Origin: Lama guanicoe
Lineage: Eukaryota
Direction of reading: 5' to 3'
Length of the DNA stretch: 64,000 bases
NCBI GenBank assembly: GCA_013239625.1
Contig: MU053933.1
Location: forward strand, 1 to 64,000
Shown: one piece after another, positions 27,770 to 40,229 of the stretch
Layout of the letters: every line of letters starts with the position of its first letter
How positions within the stretch are numbered: position 1 is the stretch's first letter
Program-made: the position numbers and the translations under genes
Notes under the pieces: model-generated
The model's input: only the letters and a program-made list of their open reading frames with translations
Database searches by the model: none
Told to the model about the DNA's origin: nothing

Positions 27770-28335
27770 TCAAAGGAACTGGGGCTGGCCATCAGCAACG
27801 CCGAGCCCCTCGGGTCCGTTACTGCCAGGCGGAGGGAAGGACTCCTAGCCTTGAATCTGGACAGCACGCCCCCATCCTCTCTGCCACACAGGTGAGTCCT
27901 GCAATCCACAAACGCTGCCCCGGGCTGATGGAGGAGACCCGCACTGAGTTACAGGAGGTGGCCCGGGGAGCCACCGCTGAACACTGAGATACAGGGACCA
28001 GGTGTGGCCCCAGGTGGGGTAACCATGCTCACGAATGCCAGGTGCCACCTAGTGCCCCAAAGCACAGGGTAAGTGCCACACGCTTCTCCCATGTGTCCAT
28101 GCCACACAAAGCATATGGGATCTTGACAAACCACAGATTACAGTGAAGCACACAGACAAGATCGGCTGCTTTTGAGGAAGATTATTCATGCATCACGTAA
28201 CCAAATAGAAGGCAAGAGGTGGGAAACTTCAAGAGGGACTGTGGGTGGTCCCCCAGCCCAGAGAGCAGAGGTGCGGAAGGGCCAGCCCCCCACGACCTGG
28301 CCCTCTCCGGCTCAGGGCAGCTCCTCAGCACTTAC

Positions 28336-28422
28336 TGAACTTCCAGAGCAGGACGGCAGCCAGCACTGCTCCCACTAGGACGGCCCCCAGGCCAAGGGTG
28401 ACGCACAGCACTTTCTTAGTCT
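28336..28422 (-). CDS. TMPRSS2: TMPRSS2 exon 4 (transmembrane helix; TKKVLCVTLGLGAVLVGAVLAAVLLWKF)
   Basis: 87 nt, AG/GT boundaries, hydrophobic type II anchor. Not in the supplied ORF list; read by hand. Confidence 0.94.
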
Positions 28423-29400
28423 CTGGAGGAAAAGAAGTGAGGACACAATTTAGTGGTCGAATTTCTTAGAAATCAGACTCTCAAATTTCATGTTCCTTGT
28501 ACTCATGATGGAGTTCCCTTGAATTTGTGCCACTTAAGTAACTTGCAAAATACTGTCAAGGCTCTGACAGGCTACAGGCTTCCCACTCTACATTCTGGAA
28601 AAGGCAACACGATGGGGACAGTAAGCCCAGCGGTTGCCAAGGGCTGGGGGGCGGGATGTGCCGGCTGCACAGCAAGGATCTCCTGGGCAGGGAGACTGCT
28701 ATCCTGGACACATTCTTATACATTCATCAAAACCTAGAGAATATCCAGCAAGAAGAATGTAATCCTAATATAAAGCTATGGACTTTAGTTAATAACAATG
28801 TTTCAGTATCAGTTCATCAATTGTAACAAATGTGACACTTTTAGGCAAGATGCAAAGGGAAACGTGGGGCAGACAGAAGAGGGCTCATGGGAACTCCCTC
28901 CTCAATTGTTCTGTAAGCCTAAAACTACTCTAAAGAATAGTCTATTCGTTAAAAAAAATACTTCCAAGAGCAAACATCACACTTATAAAAGGTATGTGTT
29001 TCTATAGAAGTCAATGAAGTGTTTTAAAGTTTAAGTGTGGTCACTAAGCTAGCTTTTAAAGGGCAGTTTTTGCATGCAAAGTCATCCACGTAGGCTCATA
29101 GTCTTTCCTTATGAAGCAACAGATGAGGGATTTATACACGCCTGTCCCACTCTCTGTCATCACCACATTTTCCCCCAGAAAAGTTGAAATGTGCCTATTA
29201 GGCAAGTGGGACCCTCTTGTGCACCTGGATTGGACAGTCACTGGTCTGAGCACCCCCTTTTGAAAATGCTGACCTCAAGAGGACCCTTGGTTTTTCTGAC
29301 CACCCTTGGTATTCTTTCTTGGGGAGGCAGATGCCCCTATCAGGAAATCCTTAACCCTCCTCGGCCTGGCTTGCCTCCAACCTTCATGGTGGACTGAGGC

Positions 29401-29608
29401 CAGGAGTCCTCAGCTTTGGCAGCACTGGCGTCTTGGCTGGGTCCCTCTTGGTCAGGGGGCATCTTACACACTGTACGATGTTTAGCAGTGTCAGTGGTAC
29501 CTACCCAGGAGATGCCAGTATCACTCCCCCAATTTATAACAGCAAATCTGTTTCCAGACAATGCCAAATGTCCCTGGGGGTCAAAATTGCCCCAATTAGG
29601 AGTCACTA
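29401..29608. mobile_element. MER20 (hAT-Charlie) DNA transposon
   Basis: gatgtttagcag...agatgccagta...tccagacaatgccaaatgtccctgggggtcaaaattgcccc matches MER20 as recalled. Confidence 0.75.
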
Positions 29609-30761
29609 GACTCAACCTACCCAGCCACTGCCAGAAGGACATAAGTGCAGAGACGAGCGTTTCCTTGATTTGAAAGAAACTGATGGAGGGAAAGAGAGCC
29701 ACAGAGGAAAGGAGCAGGGGTGATTAAGGAGGAAGGACCCTTAAGGGGTAGAAAATGCAAGGATGGAAGAGAGTAGCAGTGGGGAGAAGGAAGGATGGAA
29801 GGGCCACCTGTGAAGCGTCAGGGGGACAGAGGCCAGACTGGAGGCAGAAATACAGGAGTGAAGGCACTCAGGAAGCATGGGAGAGGTCTGGGGGGCCCTG
29901 GGGGCTTCAGAGAGCGCAGGTATGACCCACTGCCGCTATGGTGGCGTGGAAATCCACCTGCCATTCATCTTTAACTGCATGAGCTGTGTGTGTCTGAATG
30001 CATATCTCACAAAATAAAAACCCTATCAGTGCAAGTGCTCACTGAGCGAGCCCCGGCACTAGCCCTGTGCTGGAACCAGCGCGCTGTGCAGGCCCCCGCT
30101 CTGCCGGTCCTGCCTGCGCGGCTCCTGCCGTGGAAGCGAGCCTGCACTAAAAGGGGGGGGGCAGCAGGGTCAGAGGGAAAGGAGACAGACGAATGAGACA
30201 AGAAAGATGTGGAATTAAGGTGATGGGCGAGGACACGCGACCTCTGATCCCTCAGCCCTCCTCCTCGGCCGCTCAGGTCTGTCCTCAAGATCCTCACAGC
30301 CAAGACAAATGTCGTGGCTGCTTCTGTGCGACAGCCGCACCAGCCACTTCATTCACCAAACACGAAATACTCATTGAGCACGTGTTCAGGGATCAGTACC
30401 ACGAAGGAAGGTTGGCTCGCTTATTCCTGTGCCAGGGGCTTACCATCTGCTCAAGATGAACCGGCAAAAAGTTCAGGGAAACCTGGCTGGAAAGACCCCC
30501 CCTGGGTGGTACTGGCCAAGCTGGCACACGAGCAATAACGGGACATGAAGGTCTCTGCAGCCGGGCATCCCCCAGGCCGGAGGCGAGACCTGGGCTGCAG
30601 CTTTGATGCAGCGGGGGAGAGGCGAGAGGATCCTGGGACAGACCCACCCGGCAGGCAGAGGAGAGCTGGCAGCAGAGCCAGGGGGAGCAGAGGGCCCCCC
30701 GGGGAAGGCAGACCCAAGGCCTGGGTTCCGTTAGAGGAAATACATGCAAAAGGGGACCTAC

Positions 30762-30984
30762 TTGAGGTGCACACTGTCTCCGACAGAGGTTTGGGCTGCA
30801 TGCGGATGACGGGTGTCGAAGTGTGCGTCTGAACCCTCGGGGTGTACTGGGGCACCGCAGGTGGGTAATACTGAGCCGGATACACCATGTAGGCGCTGGG
30901 GGCCGCAGAGGGCCTCAGAGGATAGAAGCTTTCGGGTTGGTACCCATGGTTTTCATAGTAAGGTCCGACTCCTGGTGGTGATCC
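30762..30984 (-). CDS. TMPRSS2: TMPRSS2 exon 3 (cytoplasmic tail; GSPPGVGPYYENHGYQPES...CTS)
   Basis: 223 nt, AG/GT boundaries, GPYYENHGYQPE motif characteristic of TMPRSS2. Confidence 0.96.
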
Positions 30985-32946
30985 CTGAACAACGAGAAAG
31001 ATGAATGATGTAAACACTGATTATCCTAACACCCAGACGGGTGACTGCACAGCCCGTCGCACTCAGACAAGGCCCTGGAACAGAGCCGCAGATTCCCCGA
31101 GGGCATCTTCCATTATGCCGAACACTGACCTCACCTAAAATAAACTAACCAGCACGTTTTCAACTAATTGGCAAGTTTTTGTTTTGTGTTTGTTTACTAT
31201 TTTTTTAAATTGACACTGAGACTTTGTAACAAACTCAAGAAAAAATGCGTAGAAGTCTGAGAGTGAGTCAATGTCCTATGCCCTGAGGATGGGCTGCCAA
31301 GTTACAAACTAGCAAGACCAGAACTGTAATGAGAACAGTGACCACTGACCTTTGAGAGCTTGCTGCTGCGGGGCGTCTGCACTCATGGTCTCCTGGAAAC
31401 CTGACCAGAACCCCTAGGATGACACCGTGACCCCCTAAGGTGATCAATATGCCCATTTTGCAGACAGGAATGTGAGTGACAGAGGTTAAGAAATCTACCT
31501 GAAGGGTTTACATTCTGTGTGTGTTGGTGGGGCTGCTAGCAGCTCCACTGCTGTGAGCAACCTTACAGCAGTTGCGACTGTGTGGAGAGTGTGCTCAGCA
31601 ACTCCGCCCCTGGGAGTGGAATTTCTGGGGTGCAGCGTGTCCATCCAGAAGTGTGGAGGGAGCCAGCCAGCCTCACAGCCCCGTTCTCGACTGGCTTCTG
31701 TCTTCTTAGAAAGCCCTCTCCCCCCACTCTGCCTGCTTAAAACTTTCCCTCTCCAGACCTACCCCTCAAGACCCCGCCCCCAGAGGCCCCCCCGGACCCC
31801 AGCAGCCTGTGACCTCGCCCTCCCCAGGCCCCCTGGATTGCCCACTGGCTGGGCCACTCTGGGAGGCCACGGTTGCCCCCTGGTCTGAGTGTCCCTGTGC
31901 AAGACAACTTCTCACCCATTAATTTTGCCCCTTGTCTCTTGTTGACTAAAAGCAATGAAGTGCTTAGAATTTTAAAGGGGCCTCCAGGGAGTGTGGTTGT
32001 AAACCACTGAGCCAAACAGGCGCTTAATAACTCACCAACGGGCTCCTTCAAAAGTCCAGAGATTACACTCTAAACCAGAGCAGCAACAGAAAAGGAAAAT
32101 GAAATGTAATCTCTAATCTAAATGATGGTGCCAGAGGCAAAGAACACCACCAACAGCCACCACCGCACAGGCGCTGGCCTCTAAGAACACACTGTCCTTC
32201 CCAGGAAGGTCACAGCAAGCCCCGCGCTTTGTCCCTGTGAACGCCTGTGCCCTGGACTTGACATTTGAAAAGGATCCGGTGAAAAGAAATCCCACCAGGT
32301 GCAGGGGTGAGGAAATCAAAGATTTGTTTTCCAGATAGAAGATACGGAAAACTTTTGTTGTTAACCACAGATTTCTGTTATTAATGCTTTATTTAATGCG
32401 CTCACTCACAGGTACAAGGTGAGTCAGTGATGTGTGTATGATGGAGAATAAAGGCACTGCACTTGTCGCCAAAGTGTGTGTTGCGGGAGGGTCTCAAGGA
32501 GGGCTGAGGGGCGGTCAGCGCAGTGTCCGACTCAACCGTGGCCTGTCCCAGCCCACCTGGAAGCAAGGCCACACTGTGGTCCGCTGGCCGGGGGATCCCG
32601 CACACTTTCCTCCAGGGGACTCACTCCCTCTGCCTCTCTCTGTCCCCTGCCCCACCCCTGTCCCCTGCTCCACCCTCACTCAGAGTGGAAGAGAAGAGGC
32701 CCCGGGGGATCACATCACCCACCCCACCCAGCAGCTCCGAGACCCCCATCTGTCCAACTGCCACCTGGCCTCCCCTCCCACCCCTTCCTGCTCAGCCCCA
32801 AACCCGAGAATGCCTTCAGAGCAGCCTTGGAGCACAGGCATTCCCTGCAAGCAGCTCTTAAAATGCTGACCCCCACACACCGCTGGAAGCAACAGAAGGA
32901 ACAGGGAGCAGAGGAAAGGCCAGGAAGCTAATAATTAAGCACTTAC

Positions 32947-32961
32947 TGAGTTTAGCGCCAT
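32947..32961 (-). CDS. TMPRSS2: TMPRSS2 exon 2 coding part: start codon, MALNS (whole exon 32947-33017)
   Basis: gtcagcATGGCGCTAAACTCA followed by GTAAGT; strong Kozak context; 71-nt exon with acceptor tctAG at 33018-33019. Confidence 0.93.
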
Positions 32962-35900
32962 GCTGACTTTATCAGCAGCATCAGGGAAAGGCAGGTATTT
33001 GGAACGTTCAAGGTGACCTAGAAGATGGAAGGGCAAGACTGTTACTTCCACGCCGGTGAGTGTGCGGAAGAGGAATCAGGAAAGGACTGGACGTTCTGGG
33101 TGAGGGTCACCTCTCTCCAGAACCACGGCAGCTTTGTGCGGTCACCTTAACCTTCACCTCACCACTTCTTCCTGCCGCAACTGCTCCGCCTGAAAAAGAC
33201 GGGGATCCAGTCGCTTGGTCCTTAAGTCAAGAGCCTGCTGCACTGAGCAGGCTTCACCGGGAAGCCCAGACTTCCCCAACATCACCTCCACCCAAAGGAG
33301 CATCCGGGGAAGACATACACGCACAAGGACTGAGAGGACATTGAGTCCGGCAGCAGGGAGGGGAGGGCAAAGCCCCAGGGTCAACTCCCGGCAGTGCCAC
33401 GTCCGGGGAGTCATTGGGCAGGTGACCTCTTGGAAGCTTGGACAGAGGTGGATGTAACATCACACTGGCTCGCCCAGGTGGGGATTTAGCGCGAGGGTGC
33501 AGGCAGACGCCTCGCACACCGGGGCTGTGGCTCATCCCCGCGGAGCATCCTCGGGCCCAGGGAGCAGCCGCCGCCCCGCCGTGGCGCGGGCGGTGTAGGG
33601 CTTAGTCCCAGGTGGAGGGCACGCCTGACTTTTCAGAGAAGCCGTATGGAATCCCCTCGATGTTCATAAACACGTTATGTTAAAAAAAAAGTTTCCTTAA
33701 AACACATTCACACCCACTGGCTCCTCCACTTCCTACCCCAAACCCAGAAAAGAAATTCAGAACTAAGCGTTTTGGTGGTTTCTAAGGTTATTGGTAGTGA
33801 CAAGAAAGCTCCGGTCACCTCGTCTGTGAACAGCTAACAGCAGTATCTAGGAAGACCTCGGCATGAGGGCCCTCATAGCAAAGCCCGTCCGACGTCACTC
33901 TCCTGTCACGAGCGAGGGACGGCATTTGTCCTCTGCTCCCGGCTGCCTTTGCCATCACGTGCCCCCAGGGCCGCGTCCCCAGAGAGAAGAAAGCTCTGGG
34001 CTTCGAGGCTTCGAGGCCTCAAGGCCGGCCAGATCAGGCGTGAAGGTTCTCCCCACAAGGTGCCCAGCACACAGCAGGTGCTCAAACAGCAGGGGGCAGC
34101 GCGGCAGCCTTGACCTCGGGGACCAGACCCCGGGTCCAGACCCCGCTCAGGCACTGGCTGGCTGAGACCTGGGCAGGTCAGATGGGGCTTCTGAGCCTTG
34201 GCGTCCTCCCGTGCAAAGGGGGCTGACACTGGCAGCCGCTCTAGGGTTGTCAGGGAAGCAAAACGAGCTGACAGTGAAGTTCTGAGTGCCTGGGACACAG
34301 GCAGGGCTCCGTATGTTTTCGCTAAATAAAAGTGATCGCAAAGCTGATACATGTTGAAGAACCCACAGAGGCAGGGTGGGCCTCATTTGGAGCATTTGCA
34401 GATTCTAAGATTTGCATCTGGAAAATGATCTTGAGATGCCGACACAAAATCCGCCAGCTCTGAAAACCCAGTGGAGCCCAAACGCAGCAGAGCCGGTGCC
34501 AGCCGGCTCTGCCCCTCTGCCTCCCGAGCAAAGTTATTATTTGACTCATTACACTTTAAAAAAAAACAAACCAACATCAACTTGCTATAAATAAAAATAT
34601 TGAGTATGGCTATTTAATCTTGGGAGACCTTGTTGAACAAGTCACAAGAAAAATGCACCGGCTCATTTATTAACTCTTCAAATAAAGATAAAAGGACCAG
34701 TTCGTACTGATAGCTTTGTGATTTTTTTTTAAGACTAGAAAAAAGAGTCAACACCCTGCTGGGTATGAGGAAAGAAACCTGACCTGTGTATAGGAGGAAG
34801 AGATCACAATTTAGAACATACATGACGTTTCAGCCTGTAAGTGGACGTGATTATCGCATATTAATAACCTTTCCCACGTCTGCTCTGTAAAGAGAGAGGG
34901 TCCCGAGACTTGACAGCAGCGCAGTCCTCTAGTCTGAGCAGAAAAGTTCCACCTTCCTCAGATCAGTTTCAAGGGAGACCTGCCCTGGTTGGCATTCTCA
35001 CCCTCTGCTTTCTCTGCCCTCAGGCGGTAGCTCCCCGTGCCCCTGAGCTATCTCACCAGTTATAGGTTTGGTTGAAGTTTCAGGAAATGAAAATTCGATA
35101 CCACTGGCTGCTTTCCCAGTTTAAGAGCCCTCTGAAGGGAGGAATGAATCAGTGCTTGAAATCCATGCTTTCTGTTCATTCAAGATCCCTAACAGCTAGA
35201 GACCAGGAAGCCAGGGGAGGAAGGGGCACCAGGGGGCCGTGGCCATGAATGGCCCAGTATAAGCCCAGGAGCCAGCAGTGATCGCAGCACAATCCTATCT
35301 CATCCAGCGACCCCACAGCCCATAGAGCCTTAGAACCAGAGCACCGGCCGCGCCCAGACCCGCCACCACGGACTTTGGGAGAGAAGGTGCGAGTCGTGCT
35401 GCCTCTGATTCCCTGTGGCCAAAGAGGAAAGAAGGGAGAAGCATCTCCCTTGGGAACTGGATCCAACGGGAGATGCCCCGCTGTCCAAGGAGACCAGGAG
35501 AGCACGTTCTGTGCTGCTCATCTTCAAAACCAGCCATTCCAGGCCCACACAAGGCAGCACGTCTCTTCAACTGGTCCCTGAAAGGGGCAAGACAGCCTAG
35601 ATGGTGAGAGACAACACTGCTTCTCGAATGTTCTGTCCCATCTGTTAAAGGACACAGGTGACTGCCTTTGATTCGTGAAAGCCAGTCTTAATGGCGCACC
35701 TCTCCTTGAAGTGACAGAGAGAACACGAGCCGAAGCTCCGCCCCCTCTCTGTTCCGGGGAAGGCCCTGCTCCAACGCCGTCCACCTGAGTCACACAACGG
35801 AACACGGCTGTCTTGTCCACTCTGGCTTTCCTTCGGGGGAGCTGACTCATGCCTCGAGTCACCTGCCGGCCATCCCTCCTTCCTGCACCCCTTGATGTAA

Positions 35901-38900
35901 TGAAACTATTTCCAAATCAGAGGCGTCTCTTCGTGCGCTATCACTCCTCTGATCTCAGAACACACTGGAGGCTTATTCTGAAAACTACTAAACCAACACA
36001 AATGAGGTCAATCTCATAGACACTGACTCACATAGAGGGGTAGGAATTTCCCCTATAATGAAGGCTCCACTGACTCCTCCACACACCGCCATTCATGCAC
36101 ATGCTCCTGAGTTGAGCCCTCCAGGTGCCTTGAGATGCTGGCAGTATGATGAGGTGTGATGGGCTGTGAGTCCCCCCACGCTGCTTCCTTGACCTCAGAT
36201 TCGGTACCCCTTCTTCAAACTCCACAGCAAGCAGGAGCAACAGACACTCCCTACCCAATGAGCAGACGGATGATCAGTGGATCACTGACGCCTCAACCAC
36301 TGCATAAAATCACATTATACGTAAAGATGCTCTCGACTGTTGGGGATAAAATGCGCTGCTAGAGGAAAGCTAACAGACAGTGGTGGGTTTAAGGAAGAGT
36401 TCAATATAAACAAGGCTAAGGCGATCAGAGAAATGGCACGCACAGCGACCGGCACAGGGCAGCGGGGCGGGCACGCCAGCTCCGGAGAGGCCCTGCCTGC
36501 CTCATCCAGGTCTCTTTTTCTATGAATGACTCATTGTCCAAATGAGATTGCAAACTTTTTAGGGCAGGAATTGGGTCTGGTCCTTTGTTTTTTTTTAAAA
36601 AATCTAGCTTTGTACCATACAAAGAAAGTCTTCCCTTTTTTTTTAGGTATCCCAAAGGCCAAATGAGTAAGATGAAATTTAAGAGAGAGAGAGCTGGAAA
36701 GCCTGCACCTGAAAAAAAAAAAAAAAACAGCCTCCAAATTGAGGATGCGGGTGACCTCACAGGTCCAGGTACACAAAACTGACTGCATGTCGCTGTGACA
36801 GGTGGGCCAGAGAGGGGCCGGTCCCTCCAGGAGGGACAATGTGCAAAGGACACTGTCTAAGGTTGGAAGAAACTGCCCAGGTCAGTCAGTGAAATGGACA
36901 TAACAGATAAGTGTGTGAGTGTCCCAGCACCGACCCCAACACACGGCAGCCCTCAGTAATGAGATACTGATGGCAGCTAAGGGACTGTCATGTGGAAAGC
37001 AGACTCTGAATCCAGCATCAAAATGGTCAGCGATATCAGAAAGGCAGGTTTAGCTCAATCCAGGGAAACCAAGTTTCCAACAATGAGAACGTTTCAATAT
37101 CGACTGGGTTGCTTTGGAAGAAACAGAGTTCCTCAAACCAAGAAAAGTTTGCTCCAGGCCTGGAAGATCGTTTCTCAAGCACATTCTAGAACCAAACTGG
37201 GCTCGAGCTGCGAGGCCAGACATGATGTTCCTTTATTCCCTGTGATTTAGAACTTGAAGAATGAACTCCACACGTCCGGAGTTCAGATCCAGTCTCAAAT
37301 GAGGCCAGGTGTGCGTGCTGCCGGGAAGGCCCTCGGGAAGCAAGGGCCTTAAAGGGACTCTAACGCCGGGCCACGCGTCAGCAAGCGATCATTAACACCG
37401 GGCCTTAGTTTCATCTGCCAATTCGGAGTCACTAGAAAATATTTTCCTAACAAACGTCTACTGGCTCGCCACGGCCCCTCTTCCCAGTCCTCCTTGACTG
37501 AGCTCCCCGTCCAGCCAGACCCTGCCTCAGCTTCCAGGCTTCACTTGGTGCCTTCAAACATTCCGTGCTTTCTTATCGCATTTCTGCATCCTCACCCCCT
37601 CCTGCACCCCCAACTCCCCGCACCAATGCCTGATGGCTTAACTCCGTACACACAACCGAAATGACTGGAGTTTCCACCTATACAGCAAGTCCTTCCCTCC
37701 TTCTTCACCTCTAACAAGAGAAAAAGCATGCTTAAGTCACCTTCCTTCTTCAAATTCCACAGTGTTTACAGTCCAAGGAACTGCCCACACCTCCATCAGA
37801 AAATCAGGGTTTGCCATTCTCCCTCGGTGCCTCTTAGGCTGCCCACGACATTTCCACGCTCCCAATCCTCTTCGCCTGACCTCTGTCCAGTGGCCGGGGC
37901 AAACCAAGTCTCAGATCATCTACCCTTCCTTCCTGACCTCAAACTCTGCCTCTAGGGTGTCCCCCAGAACTGCCTGCATGATCAGCTGAGCCATTGGCTA
38001 CTCCCCAAGAATCCACGTGGATCTGGAACCAGGATGGTCAAGGGCACGGGGGGCACCAGGAGTCCCCTCCCCCACACCCAGGCCTGCAGCCCTGGGGACT
38101 TGCGAGCCAGTGCTCCCCAACACCCAGCTAGCAAGGGACTCACCAAGGCCGGCCGGCCCGACTCAGACCTCAGCACTCAGGCGTGTGACACCTGTGCGTG
38201 CGCCCCATCCCCAGAGGCCACTCGGCCCATCCTGGGGCAGACCCAAGGGCAGGGCCCCTGGAAAGTAAAGGAGGGGACAGAGGAGCAGCTGTGGGAAGCA
38301 GGACCACCCCAGGAGGCCCAGAGCCCTGAAAACAGCAGAGGCCGAAGAGCACCCGTGCCCCTCCTCCACCCTCCGCACCAGCAGGGCCGGCACCCACACC
38401 CCAAGTAAGCAAAGCTGACCAGGCGCTAGGCTGACCCAGTCGCCTTTCCTCTCTACGTCCAAGCCCAAGGCCCAGACTTGACCCCTGGTTCCCAAACCTG
38501 GAATTCTCTGGAAGGCTCAGAAAATGAGATTTCCTATTCCATCAGAGGCTGATGCAGGGCCATGACCCCAAATGCTAGCAAAGCCCCCGGGACTCCCGCC
38601 ACAGGTTTAGGTGGAAAAGGCTGAGCGCCACCGCTCGCACTTTTATACTTCCTGGTTGACCCCCACCCCCGGCTGGGCCCAGAGCAGTGGTCAGCCACTT
38701 ACAGAATGATGACTATCACTACCCACTTAGCGTTCTTCGTGTCTCTGGGCTTTCTTGCCTAAAGGACATTTTCATCTGCAGCCCCACCACCTGGGAGGTC
38801 AGCCCTCTGCGCCGCCCCAGTGAAGCATCCCCTGCTCTCCTGCCCAGGTCTCACCGGAAGGGGGCAGATCGGAGCCCAAGGGGGCCCCTGCTCTTGGATG

Positions 38901-40229
38901 ATGGGAAACCAGCCCTGTCTGGGGACAAGCCCCGACCACATGAGGAGTCCAGGCCTCACTCAGCTTCCCTGGAACCAGATGACCAGCCTTCATCCCCAGT
39001 TCTCCCTACAGGTCTCAGGACATAGGGCAAGTTATTTCAGCTCTCTGCCTCAATTTCCACACAACTGAGTTAAATCCATTCTACAGAGCTTGGAATGATG
39101 CCTGCCTGGAAGAAAGTGCCGATCCACTGGTATCGTGATGGTACCAGTGTGGCCAAAGTGTCTCCTATAAGTAAGGTGACTGAGCCAGGGTGGAGCAGCC
39201 CAGGGCACCAAAGGGCCAAGCTCCAAGCACTCCGCTAGGCCCTAGAAGTGGCCCCAGACAACGACACATCCCTGTTAGAGGGCTGACCTTGCAGTGTCAG
39301 TAGCAGATGCAGCTGGAGACCGAACAGAACCAAGGGCCCTGCTGCTCACCAGCTGATACTTTTAAAACCAGAGAGGGAGGTGTTGATGGTCAATCTCCAG
39401 GCAGAGGCCCCCACCTCAGCCCCCTGACTCCTGTGTCCAGCGCTTCCTGGTGGTGCCGGGGCCTTTCATTCTGACCTCACTGGTCCAGTAAAGGTCGGTG
39501 GGGTTGGGGGACGCAGGCAGGCGCCACATGATAAAGCTGAGGAAGCTAAGAGAGCCCCTCCAGTGACTCCCTGGGGGCTCCCCCCTACCTGGCCCACCAG
39601 GCCCCCCTCTCCAGCAGCAACGCAGGTTCCCCCAGGCTCCTTGTCCTTGGTAAGCGCTGCCCACGCGTCCAGTCGCCACCCCTTCTCCGGGAGACGTTGG
39701 CGCCAGCCTCACTTCCTGGAGAGCCTTCCGCGACCTCCCAGGCTAAGTCAACAACCCTCCTCTCACTTCAGGTTTGCTAAACACCTTGGAACTCTCCTTA
39801 GCAGCCTTTGTAATTTTCCATTATTCGGGTGGCTCACTACAGGAGTGCAGGGATCAGCGCTTCACCTGCGTGCCCCCTTCCTTCCTGAGCCCCGGGGCTA
39901 CCGCGCCTGTTTGAATGGAGGTTGGGGGTTCGAAGCCTGGAGGCCGAGCCCTGGGTGACCCCTGCCCACCAGGCGGACCTCGGGTGGCTATCCTTTCCGT
40001 CTCAAGCGATCCACTAGGATTCCACCTGACCAGGCTCGCCGGCGCAGCCTGTGCCTCAGAGGCAGTAATCTTGATTCAGAATCACCGTTCTGTGCCCTCC
40101 AGCGAGGCGGGCCCTTGGCCGCATGGGCTCAAGGCTCCATGCACGAAAATGCCGGGGCTCCAGCCAATGTCTTTCGCCACCAGCAACCAGGCCCCCTGGG
40201 GAGTGGAAGCACGAAATTTGGGGCCATAA

